Shown here: one piece after another, positions 38,241 through 46,807 of the stretch
Layout: each line of letters begins with the position of its first letter
How positions within the stretch are numbered: the first letter of the stretch is position 1
Source: a virus
DNA: 64,000 nucleotides
Virus record (IMG/VR): IMGVR_UViG_3300021090_000016
Location: 3,552 to 67,551 of that record
Direction: 5' to 3' (one strand)
Notes under the pieces: generated by a model
The model's database searches: none
The model's input: only the letters and a program-made list of their open reading frames with translations
Told to the model about the DNA's origin: nothing
Made by a program: the position numbers and the translations under genes

Positions 38241-38879
38241 ATGTCACGCGACGAAAACACCCCCTTCCAGCGGGGCGAGACGTTCTACAACGGCGGGACC
38301 ATCGACTCCAACAACCTTGGAGGCGCAAACCTCGAAGGTCAGGAGCGCGACTTCGAGGACCTGGACTACTCCGCCCTGACTGGCGTTCGTCCCGCCCGTA
38401 CCAACCGGCTCGTTACTTGCCGGTGCGTGCGGAACGTGGGGGCTGTCGCACTGAAGCCAAAGGAGTTGGTCCGGTTCCAGAACACTGCTGGCGTTCGACC
38501 TGGCAGGGTTGACGGTAAGACCACAGTGACCGCAGCCGACTTCGCCGGCGTCGTGGACGAATGGCTTCCAGCGGCTGGTGTGCCGGTCAACGATCTGTTC
38601 TGGCTGGCAGTGGCTGGCCCGACTGAGATCCTGACGCCTCTGGAGGGTGATGTCAACAACGTGTTCGCCGTTGGCGATGTGGTGATTGCTCACACGGGCG
38701 CCACTTCTGGCGCAACCACGTCTGGGCGCGTCATCGTTCAGGGACTGGGTGCCGCAACCACGGTTGCCGAAGACGTGGCTGCCAACAAGATCCAGAACCG
38801 CGTTGGTCAGGCTGTCTCGGCCAGGACCACCGCCAACACGAACGTGGGCTTGCTTGTGGACGTGTTCCGCCGCTGGTGA
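38241..38879 (+). CDS. Capsid decoration/cement protein
   Basis: Thr/Ala/Gly/Val-rich, directly after the MCP and followed by a terminator. Confidence 0.6.
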   Translation: MSRDENTPFQRGETFYNGGTIDSNNLGGANLEGQERDFEDLDYSALTGVRPARTNRLVTCRCVRNVGAVALKPKELVRFQNTAGVRPGRVDGKTTVTAADFAGVVDEWLPAAGVPVNDLFWLAVAGPTEILTPLEGDVNNVFAVGDVVIAHTGATSGATTSGRVIVQGLGAATTVAEDVAANKIQNRVGQAVSARTTANTNVGLLVDVFRRW

Positions 38880-38907
38880 AAATACCTTGCAGGACCGCCG
38901 CCGTTCG

Positions 38908-38950
38908 CCCGCTCCGCCTGCCTTTGCAGGGCCAAGGCGGGGCGGGTTTT
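38908..38950 (+). terminator. Intrinsic terminator
   Basis: CCCGCTCCGCCT...AGGCGGGGCGGG followed by TTTT. Confidence 0.7.
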
Positions 38951-38951
38951 A

Positions 38952-39023
38952 GCCGGCTTAGCTTAACGGCAAAGCCGCCCGCTTGTATCGGGAAGATTGG
39001 GGGTTCAAGTCCCTCAGCCGGCT
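38952..39023 (+). tRNA. tRNA-Thr(TGT)
   Basis: Acceptor GCCGGCT/AGCCGGC, anticodon arm CCCG-CTTGTAT-CGGG, T arm GGGGG-TTCAAGT-CCCTC. Confidence 0.8.
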
Positions 39024-39182
39024 CTTGTATTCTCATAACCTGTTGTGCGCGCGGTTGGTACTGACAAGCGGTCCAGAGGGTTAGATTCCCTGAAGCCTGT
39101 TGGCCTGGAGCGCAACTGCTTGTTGGGTGCCTGGCAAACGCCCAATGCCATGCATGGCCAGGACTGATAATCCTGGCCAACT

Positions 39183-39256
39183 GTCGGGGTAGAGGAGTGG
39201 TTGTCTTCGCCTGCCTCATAAGCAGGAGATCGCTGGTTCGAATCCAGCCCCCGGCC
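39183..39256 (+). tRNA. tRNA-Met/Ile2(CAT)
   Basis: Acceptor GTCGGGG/CCCCGGC, CCTGC-CTCATAA-GCAGG, GCTGG-TTCGAAT-CCAGC. Confidence 0.85.
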
Positions 39257-39567
39257 CTATGGCACGAACCGGGATATGCGAGAAGTGTGGCAAGCATGGA
39301 TGCGTGATATTTCACGATCCCCTCGAATACTGCCTGGATTGTTACCTTCTTGCGTGCGGCTTTGAGCCGATCGTTGAACCAGAGCTTCTACCGTCAGACC
39401 TAGATGACGACTATTACAACCCTGGTTCGCGGTCTGATCGCTTTCTCGGCGGAACCCCAAGCCATCGCGTGCGTCTGCATAACCTTCCTGGGCATGAACC
39501 AGAATGTTCTGACATTGCCTATCAGGGAGAGTAACCTCCTGTCGCCTTTACTCGACCCGGGGTGTAA

Positions 39568-40596
39568 ATGACTCCTGCGAAGCTCAATGTCTTTTTCGCT
39601 TTCTTCAGTTACTCCGGCAACGGCGGCTTCTCTTCTTGCCACCCTTCTCTCAGAGGATGGTTCGCCGAAACGCTTCTCAAGTGTAAATCTGACGAGCGCG
39701 TTGGGGAGATTCTGGACAAGGATTTCTCTGATACGCCAATCACTATGACGCGCAATGCCGCTGTGCAGATGGCGAAGAAAGCAAGGGCTGATGTGCTGGT
39801 CATGATTGATTCAGACCAGTACCCAGACCGGGAGTTGGCTGAGGGCGATCCATTGGCCAAGCCGTTCTGGGACACGTCGTTTGACTTCCTCTACAAGAGG
39901 CGCGTCGAAGGCAAGGTCACGGTGATTGCAGCGCCGTACTGTGGCCCGCCTCCGCACAACAACGTCTACGTCTTTCGCTGGGCCAACTGGAACAACTACT
40001 CTCCAGACCAGAACATTCGCATTGAGCAGTACACGCGCGAAGAAGCTGCCCATAGAGCTGGAATTGAAGACGTAGCCGCGTTGCCCACTGGGCTCAGTAT
40101 GTTCGATATGAGAGCCTTCGATCTCATCGACAATCCTTACTTCTACTACGAGTACAAGGGGGATGGCGAGCTGTGCAATCACTGTTGTCAACGCAAGCCT
40201 GGACCGCAGGCAGAGAAGAACAGTACGGAGGATGTGACTGTCACCAGAGACATCTCATTGCACGGTCAGGCCATGCTGGGGTACAGCCCGATCTTTGTGA
40301 ACTGGGACGCCTGGGCTGGTCACTGGAAGCCTCTGTGCGTGGATAAGCCGAAGCCTCTGACCATTGACAACGTTGGCGCGAAGTACAAGCGTGCTTTCGA
40401 GAGCGGAATCCGTGGTAACTCCCGGCTGGTGATCCTTGACCCAGGGGCACAGAAGGCGCACGTCGTCTCGAGGCTAAGGACCGGCGACGAGATTGTGGAG
40501 AAGGAGCCAATAATCCACAGGCTCAACAAGGGTCTGGACGACGAAATGGTTCGGGAGAAAGATTGGCTTCCCAACGGCGCCAAGGTGATGCCATGA
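39568..40596 (+). CDS. GT-A fold (GT2-like) glycosyltransferase
   Basis: 'ITMTRN', DxD 'MIDSD', 'PTGLSMFDMRAF', 'TEDV', 'AGHWK'. Confidence 0.75.
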   Translation: MTPAKLNVFFAFFSYSGNGGFSSCHPSLRGWFAETLLKCKSDERVGEILDKDFSDTPITMTRNAAVQMAKKARADVLVMIDSDQYPDRELAEGDPLAKPFWDTSFDFLYKRRVEGKVTVIAAPYCGPPPHNNVYVFRWANWNNYSPDQNIRIEQYTREEAAHRAGIEDVAALPTGLSMFDMRAFDLIDNPYFYYEYKGDGELCNHCCQRKPGPQAEKNSTEDVTVTRDISLHGQAMLGYSPIFVNWDAWAGHWKPLCVDKPKPLTIDNVGAKYKRAFESGIRGNSRLVILDPGAQKAHVVSRLRTGDEIVEKEPIIHRLNKGLDDEMVREKDWLPNGAKVMP

Positions 40597-40751
40597 ACGA
40601 AGCAGTTCTGGTCCAGGGGCTGATCGACGACGCCATTAACCGTCTTGAGAAGGCGGTCCAGATTGTCTACTGGACTGGGTTTAGCCAGGGCGCGGCGGCT
40701 GCTGCCATCGGACTGATCGTGCTGTTCATGCTTTTCGGGAGGCGGACGTGA
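40593..40751 (+). CDS. Small membrane protein
   Basis: ATGA overlap; C-terminal TM helix. Confidence 0.5.
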   Translation: MNEAVLVQGLIDDAINRLEKAVQIVYWTGFSQGAAAAAIGLIVLFMLFGRRT

Positions 40752-41614
40752 GGCAATTTACGCTGACCATTCTGGTTGTGGCTGCTGCTGGGCTCGTATG
40801 GATGGCATTCTTCCATTCGCCTGCTCCGGCTCCTTCCCCAGCTCCTGCGCCTATCAAGCAGCCCGAGCCAAAGCCAACCCCAAAGCCAGATCCGAAGCCT
40901 AGGAACCCGCTCTGACCGAAGGAAAATGCAGGGGCTGCGGTCGCAGCCAAGGTGCTCGAAACGACGGATGGCGGCCTGATGATTCGTGAGGGCGATAGCT
41001 GGGTGCGTTACGTGCCAAAGGTTGAAGCAAAGGTAGGCGGGGCTGTCAGCCCTGATGGCGCGGAGCAGATCCAGTGTGATTTTCCTGGTCAGTACCACAT
41101 GAGGAACACTGGAGGCATGGGACCGCGTGGACCTGGCAGTGGTGACGGGCTGTGCGTTTTCACCAGCATTGAGCACAGTGCCATTCACCAGAACGTCCCT
41201 GAGCTGATCGGCTTCCAGAAGTGGATGATGAGGAAACCAGGTGGCGGCTACCCCGAGAAGGTGGACGCCATGATCGACCAGTTCTGCAAGGAGCGCGGTC
41301 TGGCAAAGCCCAACTATATCCAGGTGCAAGGGCCTGACCTTGAGGTTATCCGCCTTGCATGCAAAACGGGTCGTATGCCTGCTGTGACCTACGGCGTCAG
41401 CCCGTCTGGTCGCTATGGCGGGCAGAGGATTCTCCACATGGTCAACGCCCCGCACGGCTCGCAGGCTTGGTTTGCTGTGCTGGACAACAACTATATCGAG
41501 CCACGCGAGGGGGCTTATGAGTGGCTCTCGCCGCAGGAGTTCAGCCGTGCTTACGGGAGCGGCTGGAGCGTGATCTTGCTTGCACCGCCACCGCCGCCAG
41601 TGCCAACGAACTGA
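40748..41614 (+). CDS. Signal-anchored papain/C39-like cysteine peptidase containing an in-frame TGA at 40913-40915
   Basis: GTG 40748 encodes a TM helix and Pro-rich linker; the same frame continues after TGA into 'GLCVFTS' (Cys), 'HMVN' (His) and 'LDNN'. Confidence 0.6.
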
Positions 41615-41619
41615 GGTAT

Positions 41620-42564
41620 ATGATGCGACTCTTCCTTTTGTCCGTCTTTCTTGCCATTCCAGTGCAGGCAATTGCCCAGTGTGGACCTGGTGGGTGTTCC
41701 TCGGGCGGCTCGTTTGCCCAGCAAGCAGATTCTCAGTGGAAGCATGATTCCATCGCCTACGATCGTGTCCACTGGTACGAGAATGGTCAACCAGTGAAGA
41801 CCTACTGGTACGACAGTGGCGAGACGACCGTATACACGCCGTTTGTCGTCGGGAAGGCTGCTGTCAAGGATTCTGCTGCCAAGTGCTGCTTTTGCTCACC
41901 CAATTGCACATGCAAGTGCGATTGCAAGTGCAGCACGATAGGGACAAAGTGCAACAGTTGCTGCCCCTGTGCGCCAAAATCCGAAGCGATCCCGCCAGAC
42001 AGAAACTACGGGATCATGCTGGATAAGATGCGCGAAAACTGTGACGAAACCAGGTACAGCATCACGGACTGGCGTGGTCAACACCAAGTCACCAAGGGCC
42101 AAGCCCTGGACGCCGTGAAGAGCAAGCTCAGCGATGACAGTGGGAAGAATCCGGTCGTTATCGTCGGTGGGACTGTTGAGCAGCGGAACACGGTGATTAA
42201 TGACCTCGCCGGCAGTCCTAGCCTGGTGTGGTTCAAGGACAAGGCGCTTGTACAGACCTATCCTGACGCCAGCCACTATCAGCTTGAAGGCTTCAAACTG
42301 CCACAGGACGAGCGCTTTAAGAAGTCTGGGTTTATGATCGCTCTGCTGACTCCTCCGAACAGGGACGGGTTCGGCAAGCTGCTGTACGCCCAGTACGACT
42401 ACGACGGTGGGGCAGAGAAGTTTTCCATCCAGGCTCGCCCAAGGGTTGACCCGAACTTCGATCCGAACAAGAAGGACCCGGTAAGCGGCGGTTTCCCTAA
42501 CATCCCGTGGTGGATCTACCCGTTGGCTGGCGCCGGCATCGCCCTCTTCATCATCAAGAAGTGA
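41620..42564 (+). CDS. Secreted/membrane-anchored protein with Cys-rich segment
   Basis: Signal peptide, 'CCFCSPNCTCKCDCKC...CNSCCPC', C-terminal TM helix followed by KK. Confidence 0.65.
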   Translation: MMRLFLLSVFLAIPVQAIAQCGPGGCSSGGSFAQQADSQWKHDSIAYDRVHWYENGQPVKTYWYDSGETTVYTPFVVGKAAVKDSAAKCCFCSPNCTCKCDCKCSTIGTKCNSCCPCAPKSEAIPPDRNYGIMLDKMRENCDETRYSITDWRGQHQVTKGQALDAVKSKLSDDSGKNPVVIVGGTVEQRNTVINDLAGSPSLVWFKDKALVQTYPDASHYQLEGFKLPQDERFKKSGFMIALLTPPNRDGFGKLLYAQYDYDGGAEKFSIQARPRVDPNFDPNKKDPVSGGFPNIPWWIYPLAGAGIALFIIKK

Positions 42565-42573
42565 GTGACTTCA

Positions 42574-42879
42574 ATGGATTACCTCTCTTTGGCTGGTGGC
42601 GCTGGCGGCTGCTGCCTCGTCTTGCTTGCCATTGCCTATCGCTCGGGCTTGCTTGAGAAGCTACTGTCTTTGCTCAGCAAGAAGCAGACTGTCAGTCCTA
42701 CGAAGGTCGATAATGTTCGTCCTGGGTCTGAATTGGAAGTCTTCCTGGCTCGGCATCAGAGAGACCAGGAGCGGCTCGATGCTGAGCGAACCATGATCCA
42801 CGACTTCCTCAACCAACAGCCGCCAGGGGCAGGTGTGCCTCTAGGCGTGTTCCCCAAACCGGAGAAAACCGATGCTTGA
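42574..42879 (+). CDS. Membrane protein (N-terminal TM)
   Basis: Hydrophobic N-terminus. Confidence 0.5.
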   Translation: MDYLSLAGGAGGCCLVLLAIAYRSGLLEKLLSLLSKKQTVSPTKVDNVRPGSELEVFLARHQRDQERLDAERTMIHDFLNQQPPGAGVPLGVFPKPEKTDA

Positions 42880-43036
42880 CACACTTCTCGCTACGTTCCC
42901 TGGCTGGAAGGCTGCGATTACCGGAGTTGGCCAGGTAGCTTTCGGCGTGTACCAGATCACCCAGGGCAACCTCGAAGCCGGCATCGCCCTGATCGCCGCT
43001 GGCGTCGGTCTGCTCTTCGAGTCGGTGCGCAATTAA
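42872..43036 (+). CDS. Holin-like 2-TM protein, 54 aa
   Basis: Hand-translated as MLDTLLATFPGWKAAITGVGQVAFGVYQITQGNLEAGIALIAAGVGLLFESVRN; GGAG RBS. Confidence 0.5.
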   Translation: MLDTLLATFPGWKAAITGVGQVAFGVYQITQGNLEAGIALIAAGVGLLFESVRN

Positions 43037-43254
43037 TGCCCACGCACAGTCCAGTGGTGTTCAGTCGCATCTATGCCTCCATGCAACGACACGCTAATGC
43101 GTGGCGTGGTGGAGAACAACGAGACCCTGTGGATGGCCAGCATAACCTTGCCAGCGTAGTCTGGTGCGCTATGGCTTTGATGGAGTACGAGAGAACGCAT
43201 CCCGAGCTTGACGACAGAGCGTCCAGTTTTCCTGCTAAGGAACTTGACACATGA
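43036..43254 (+). pseudogene. C-terminal half of a DUF5664 dATP/dGTP diphosphohydrolase-like domain
   Basis: 'SRIYASMQRHANAWRGGEQRDP.DG.HNLA....CAMAL'; the N-terminal 'KY...NW.KG' part is absent. Confidence 0.55.
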
Positions 43255-43793
43255 GCAACATCTTCTACCTGGCGATGGCCCACGCACTGCTATATGGACC
43301 GGCGATCAACTACGAAGACATCCCTGACCAGTTTGACGTTCCACTCTTTCAAGCATTCGTTGCCCTGGCAATCGAAGATGAGATCGTTGGAAGAGACGAG
43401 CCATGGAACCAGGGAAACTTCCGTAGCGAGGTGATGGATTGCCGTGGGCGCCTTCCTCAACTTGAAGGTTGCCCCAGGCTGGCTGAGGGATCATGGCTGC
43501 CATCAGAGAAGATTTGCTACGCCAACTATCACTTCGCCAAGTCGATCGCCTACAGGCTGGAGTGGATGGCGGAAGCGGACCAAACAAACGCCGAAGAGTG
43601 GCAAGAGGCTGCACAAGAGATCAACAAGCGTGCCTGGATTTGGTGTGACGCTGCCAGTTGTATGGGGGCTGGCGGTGTCATGGCGAAGCGTCAGGCCATG
43701 AAGGGTCTGCGGGACAGGATTGGAATGGATCATTGGTGCAACGGCACCATCCCGGAGCCGGTCCCTATGCGATACCTGACGCGAGGTGACTGA
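43251..43793 (+). CDS. Hypothetical protein
   Basis: ATGA and TGATG overlaps. Confidence 0.55.
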   Translation: MSNIFYLAMAHALLYGPAINYEDIPDQFDVPLFQAFVALAIEDEIVGRDEPWNQGNFRSEVMDCRGRLPQLEGCPRLAEGSWLPSEKICYANYHFAKSIAYRLEWMAEADQTNAEEWQEAAQEINKRAWIWCDAASCMGAGGVMAKRQAMKGLRDRIGMDHWCNGTIPEPVPMRYLTRGD

Positions 43794-44407
43794 TGCCTCG
43801 CAAAAAGCCCAAGCCAGACGCAGAAAAGCTACGTGGCAGCATCCTCCAGGAAGTTCTTCATGGCAAGGATCTGCCTCACTTGTCCGAGCTGGCGGAGCAG
43901 TTCGTCATACAGTGGGGAGGCGCAGCAGCCTTCGCCAAGGAGCTTCGGAAGATGTTCAAGGAGGCTGCGCCTGCCGGAGTTGTTCAGGTAAAGATCATGG
44001 ATATGGTACTGCGCTGCATCAGGCTCGTGATGGACAGCCGGGTGCCAGTGGGTGATCTGGGGATTGTCTCGGACGAGGATCTTGAGAAGCTGTTCGGGGT
44101 GATGATCGAGAGGTCTGGGTATGGCAGGGCAAAAGAAGGGACAGCGGAAGAAGCGGCTAATCCTTCGTCCGGCGAATCGACCGAAGACGACGCCGCCACC
44201 TCTCCCGTTCACACTGCCGCCTCCTGTACCGATCCCGAACCACTACACGCCGCCCCCGGTGGAGCCGGACGAACAGGCACTATCGGCGGCATGTGCCCAG
44301 GAGATGCGGTCGGTCCTGATGGAGCGGGCCAGGCGGCAGGTGGAAGCACTGAAGCTGTACGAGCCCCTGTCGGTCCAGGCGGCGTTTCATCAGTCGAAAG
44401 CACTTGA
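43793..44407 (+). CDS. Putative terminase small subunit
   Basis: Lies directly upstream of terL; 'DL..VSDEDLEKL' helix. Confidence 0.5.
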   Translation: MPRKKPKPDAEKLRGSILQEVLHGKDLPHLSELAEQFVIQWGGAAAFAKELRKMFKEAAPAGVVQVKIMDMVLRCIRLVMDSRVPVGDLGIVSDEDLEKLFGVMIERSGYGRAKEGTAEEAANPSSGESTEDDAATSPVHTAASCTDPEPLHAAPGGAGRTGTIGGMCPGDAVGPDGAGQAAGGSTEAVRAPVGPGGVSSVEST

Positions 44408-45899
44408 GCGAATTGTCCGTGGATCGAATCAGTCTGGAAAGACCCTGAGTGCAGCGGTTGAGTTCGCCAGGGCAGTGACCAAGCAAGACCCGTTCCAGAA
44501 GTACCGGACGATCGACACGGCGATTGTAGTTGGCAAGGACGGCAAGCATCTTGGACACACGATTTGGGAAAAGCTGTTCAAGCCGGGTGCCTTCCAGATC
44601 ATACGTGATGAGGTCACTGGAAAATGGCGGTCTTTTCGTCCATGGGTTGCCGAGGATGTTGTAAGGGCTGGGGAGGCATCCGACGCCCCGCCGCTTATCC
44701 CTGAGCGACTGGTGAAGTGGAATGAGATTGCGTGGGAGAGCAAGCGTGAGAACATCCCCAGCGTTGTCCCGCTCCTGACTGGTTGCAAGATCCTGTTCTT
44801 CTCATCGTTGGGAAAGCCGCCACAGGGCATGCTCGCTGGCTATGGCTGGTTTGATGAAGAGATTGTGGACCAGCAGTGGTATCCAGAAATCTCGGCACGC
44901 TTGCTGCGGAAGGGTGGGTGCTTTGTCTGGAGCGCAACGCCACAAGCGGGTACTGAGCAGCTTTATGCCCTGCACGAGCGGGCGGAGCAACAGGAATTCG
45001 CAAACCGGCAGCCAAGGACGGTTGATGAGTTCGTCCTACTGCTCGACAGCAACCCGCATGTCAGCGATGCCAACAAGCAGGCTCTTGCGGAGAAGTATAC
45101 GGATGAGGAGCGTGCAGTCCGCATCGGTGGTGAGTTTGCCTTGCTCAGCTATCGTGTGTTCCCTGAGTACAGCATGGCAACACACGGCGTTGACTACCTC
45201 CAGATCCCGAACAACTGGACGCGGTATGCGAGCGTTGACCCAGGCAGACAGGTCTGTGCGGTCCTGTTCTTGGCAGTTCCTCCACCGGAGGAGAACGCTG
45301 GAAACCATGTGTATCTATATGACGAGCTGTACATCCAGAACGCGGACGCAGAGCAGTTCGGTCAGGCCATGAAGAGGAAGGCGATGGGACAAGAGTTTCA
45401 TGCCTTCATCATCGACAACCACGCTGGGCGGCAGACTGAGATCGGTAGCGGCAGGACGATTGAGGAGCAGTACACCGATGCGTTACGCAGGCACAAGGTC
45501 AAGAGTAGGACTACGGGACACGGATTTGTGTGGGGGGCATCCAACGTCCAGGCGGGAATCGAGGCAGCGCGAGACTGGATGCGGATTCGTCCTGACGGGA
45601 CCACGAAGCTGCGGGTTCTGAGGCATACGTTGTCGAGCTTTGACTACGAGGTCAAGCGCTATCGCTACAAGCGGGTGGCTGGACTGACGACAGATGAGCC
45701 TGAGACAAGGGGTGCCGTCCACCAGATGGCGAACCTGCGCTACCTGGCGTCTCACCAGCCTCGCTTTATGAAGGCTAAGCCAGGACAGGTGGCAAAGAGT
45801 GGCGCGGTGGCAGCGTTCCAGAGGAAGAAGTATCTTCGCAAGAAGATGCACGGCGAGGAACAGGGCTACGTTCGGCTTGGTCCAGGAGGCAAGCGATGA
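44121..45899 (+). CDS. terL: Terminase large subunit (start may be ATG 44304)
   Basis: Walker A 'GSNQSGKT', Walker B 'GWFDEE', motif III 'SATP', RNase H-like 'SVDPG'. Confidence 0.9.
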   Translation: MAGQKKGQRKKRLILRPANRPKTTPPPLPFTLPPPVPIPNHYTPPPVEPDEQALSAACAQEMRSVLMERARRQVEALKLYEPLSVQAAFHQSKALERIVRGSNQSGKTLSAAVEFARAVTKQDPFQKYRTIDTAIVVGKDGKHLGHTIWEKLFKPGAFQIIRDEVTGKWRSFRPWVAEDVVRAGEASDAPPLIPERLVKWNEIAWESKRENIPSVVPLLTGCKILFFSSLGKPPQGMLAGYGWFDEEIVDQQWYPEISARLLRKGGCFVWSATPQAGTEQLYALHERAEQQEFANRQPRTVDEFVLLLDSNPHVSDANKQALAEKYTDEERAVRIGGEFALLSYRVFPEYSMATHGVDYLQIPNNWTRYASVDPGRQVCAVLFLAVPPPEENAGNHVYLYDELYIQNADAEQFGQAMKRKAMGQEFHAFIIDNHAGRQTEIGSGRTIEEQYTDALRRHKVKSRTTGHGFVWGASNVQAGIEAARDWMRIRPDGTTKLRVLRHTLSSFDYEVKRYRYKRVAGLTTDEPETRGAVHQMANLRYLASHQPRFMKAKPGQVAKSGAVAAFQRKKYLRKKMHGEEQGYVRLGPGGKR

Positions 45900-46339
45900 A
45901 GACGGTGGCAGAGAGCGGCATTCTGGCAGAAGACATTGCGGTATCGGCGTACCGGGCATTTGCCCAGTCCCTGAACAACACGGATGATGCCGGACAACAG
46001 CTCCCCGAATGGGAGCGTCTATCGGAGGTGATCCAAGATTTCTGGCTTCGTGTGGCACAGGTGGCGATCGCCATGATCGAGGAAGCCCAGGAGCTTCGCT
46101 GGGTAGACCTGGCTGCCGAACTGTTTCGAGCGCTCGCAAAGCCTCAGTGTGAAGCAGCTGGGGTTGATGTGCCTGTATTCCAGGGACAGAACGCAAGGGC
46201 ACGGTTTGCATGGGAGGCGACAGCCCGGCACCTCGCCAACCTGATCGACGCGGAGCCGGGAGACATAGGTGGCCTGGACGAACTGGAGCGCAAGTGGCGC
46301 GGCTGGGCTGACATCAAGGCAGAGAAGGAGAAACAATGA
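45896..46339 (+). CDS. Hypothetical protein
   Basis: GGAGG RBS; ATGA overlaps. Confidence 0.55.
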   Translation: MKTVAESGILAEDIAVSAYRAFAQSLNNTDDAGQQLPEWERLSEVIQDFWLRVAQVAIAMIEEAQELRWVDLAAELFRALAKPQCEAAGVDVPVFQGQNARARFAWEATARHLANLIDAEPGDIGGLDELERKWRGWADIKAEKEKQ

Positions 46340-46749
46340 GTTTCGAGGCATCGGACGTTAGCGTGGGTCAGATTGTCAACTGGTATCCCGATGGCGACAA
46401 GAACCAGGAACCGCTGCCTGCCATCGTGACTGGGGTTGGATGGGACTCTTTGTGTCTCGGGGTCTTCAGCAAGGAGATCCACAACCACCTTATCAGGGAC
46501 GGCTGCCGGCACATCAGTGATCCACGCACCAAGAGCAATGAGATGCGTGAGAACGGTGGCTGGGACCACACGGAGCAGCACAAGCAGTTCCTTGACTTGA
46601 AGGCGCGCGTGGATCGGCTTTGGGAAGAGCTGATCCTTGGCGTGAATCGTCAGAACGATGACGCGCCCATTGAGAAGAGGGTTGGCTTGATCGACCTGAC
46701 CTACGGCGAGTCGCGCCCGCAGCTTCGGTCTGCTTCAGAGGCAGTGTGA
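46336..46749 (+). CDS. Hypothetical protein (SH3-like 'SVGQIV.W...PAIVT.V')
   Basis: AAGGAG RBS. Confidence 0.55.
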   Translation: MSFEASDVSVGQIVNWYPDGDKNQEPLPAIVTGVGWDSLCLGVFSKEIHNHLIRDGCRHISDPRTKSNEMRENGGWDHTEQHKQFLDLKARVDRLWEELILGVNRQNDDAPIEKRVGLIDLTYGESRPQLRSASEAV

Positions 46750-46807
46750 CTGACATGACGGATCTACACTTGCAGGTTATGAGCCTGGTTGGGAAGGGGG
46801 TGGGTCG

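Noticed and set aside
42562-42576. TGA immediately followed by an in-frame ORF (also at 57271-57279)
   Set aside because: Both downstream ORFs have a nearby ATG, the upstream proteins end naturally, and I see no SECIS-like hairpin.
43036-43254. Z-genome (2-aminoadenine) pathway
   Set aside because: Only a DUF5664 fragment is present; no PurZ, DatZ or phage DNA polymerase was seen in the window.
44121-44407. Programmed frameshift between terS and terL
   Set aside because: No slippery heptamer is evident, and the overlap shrinks to about 100 nt if terL starts at ATG 44304 after a CAGGAG RBS.
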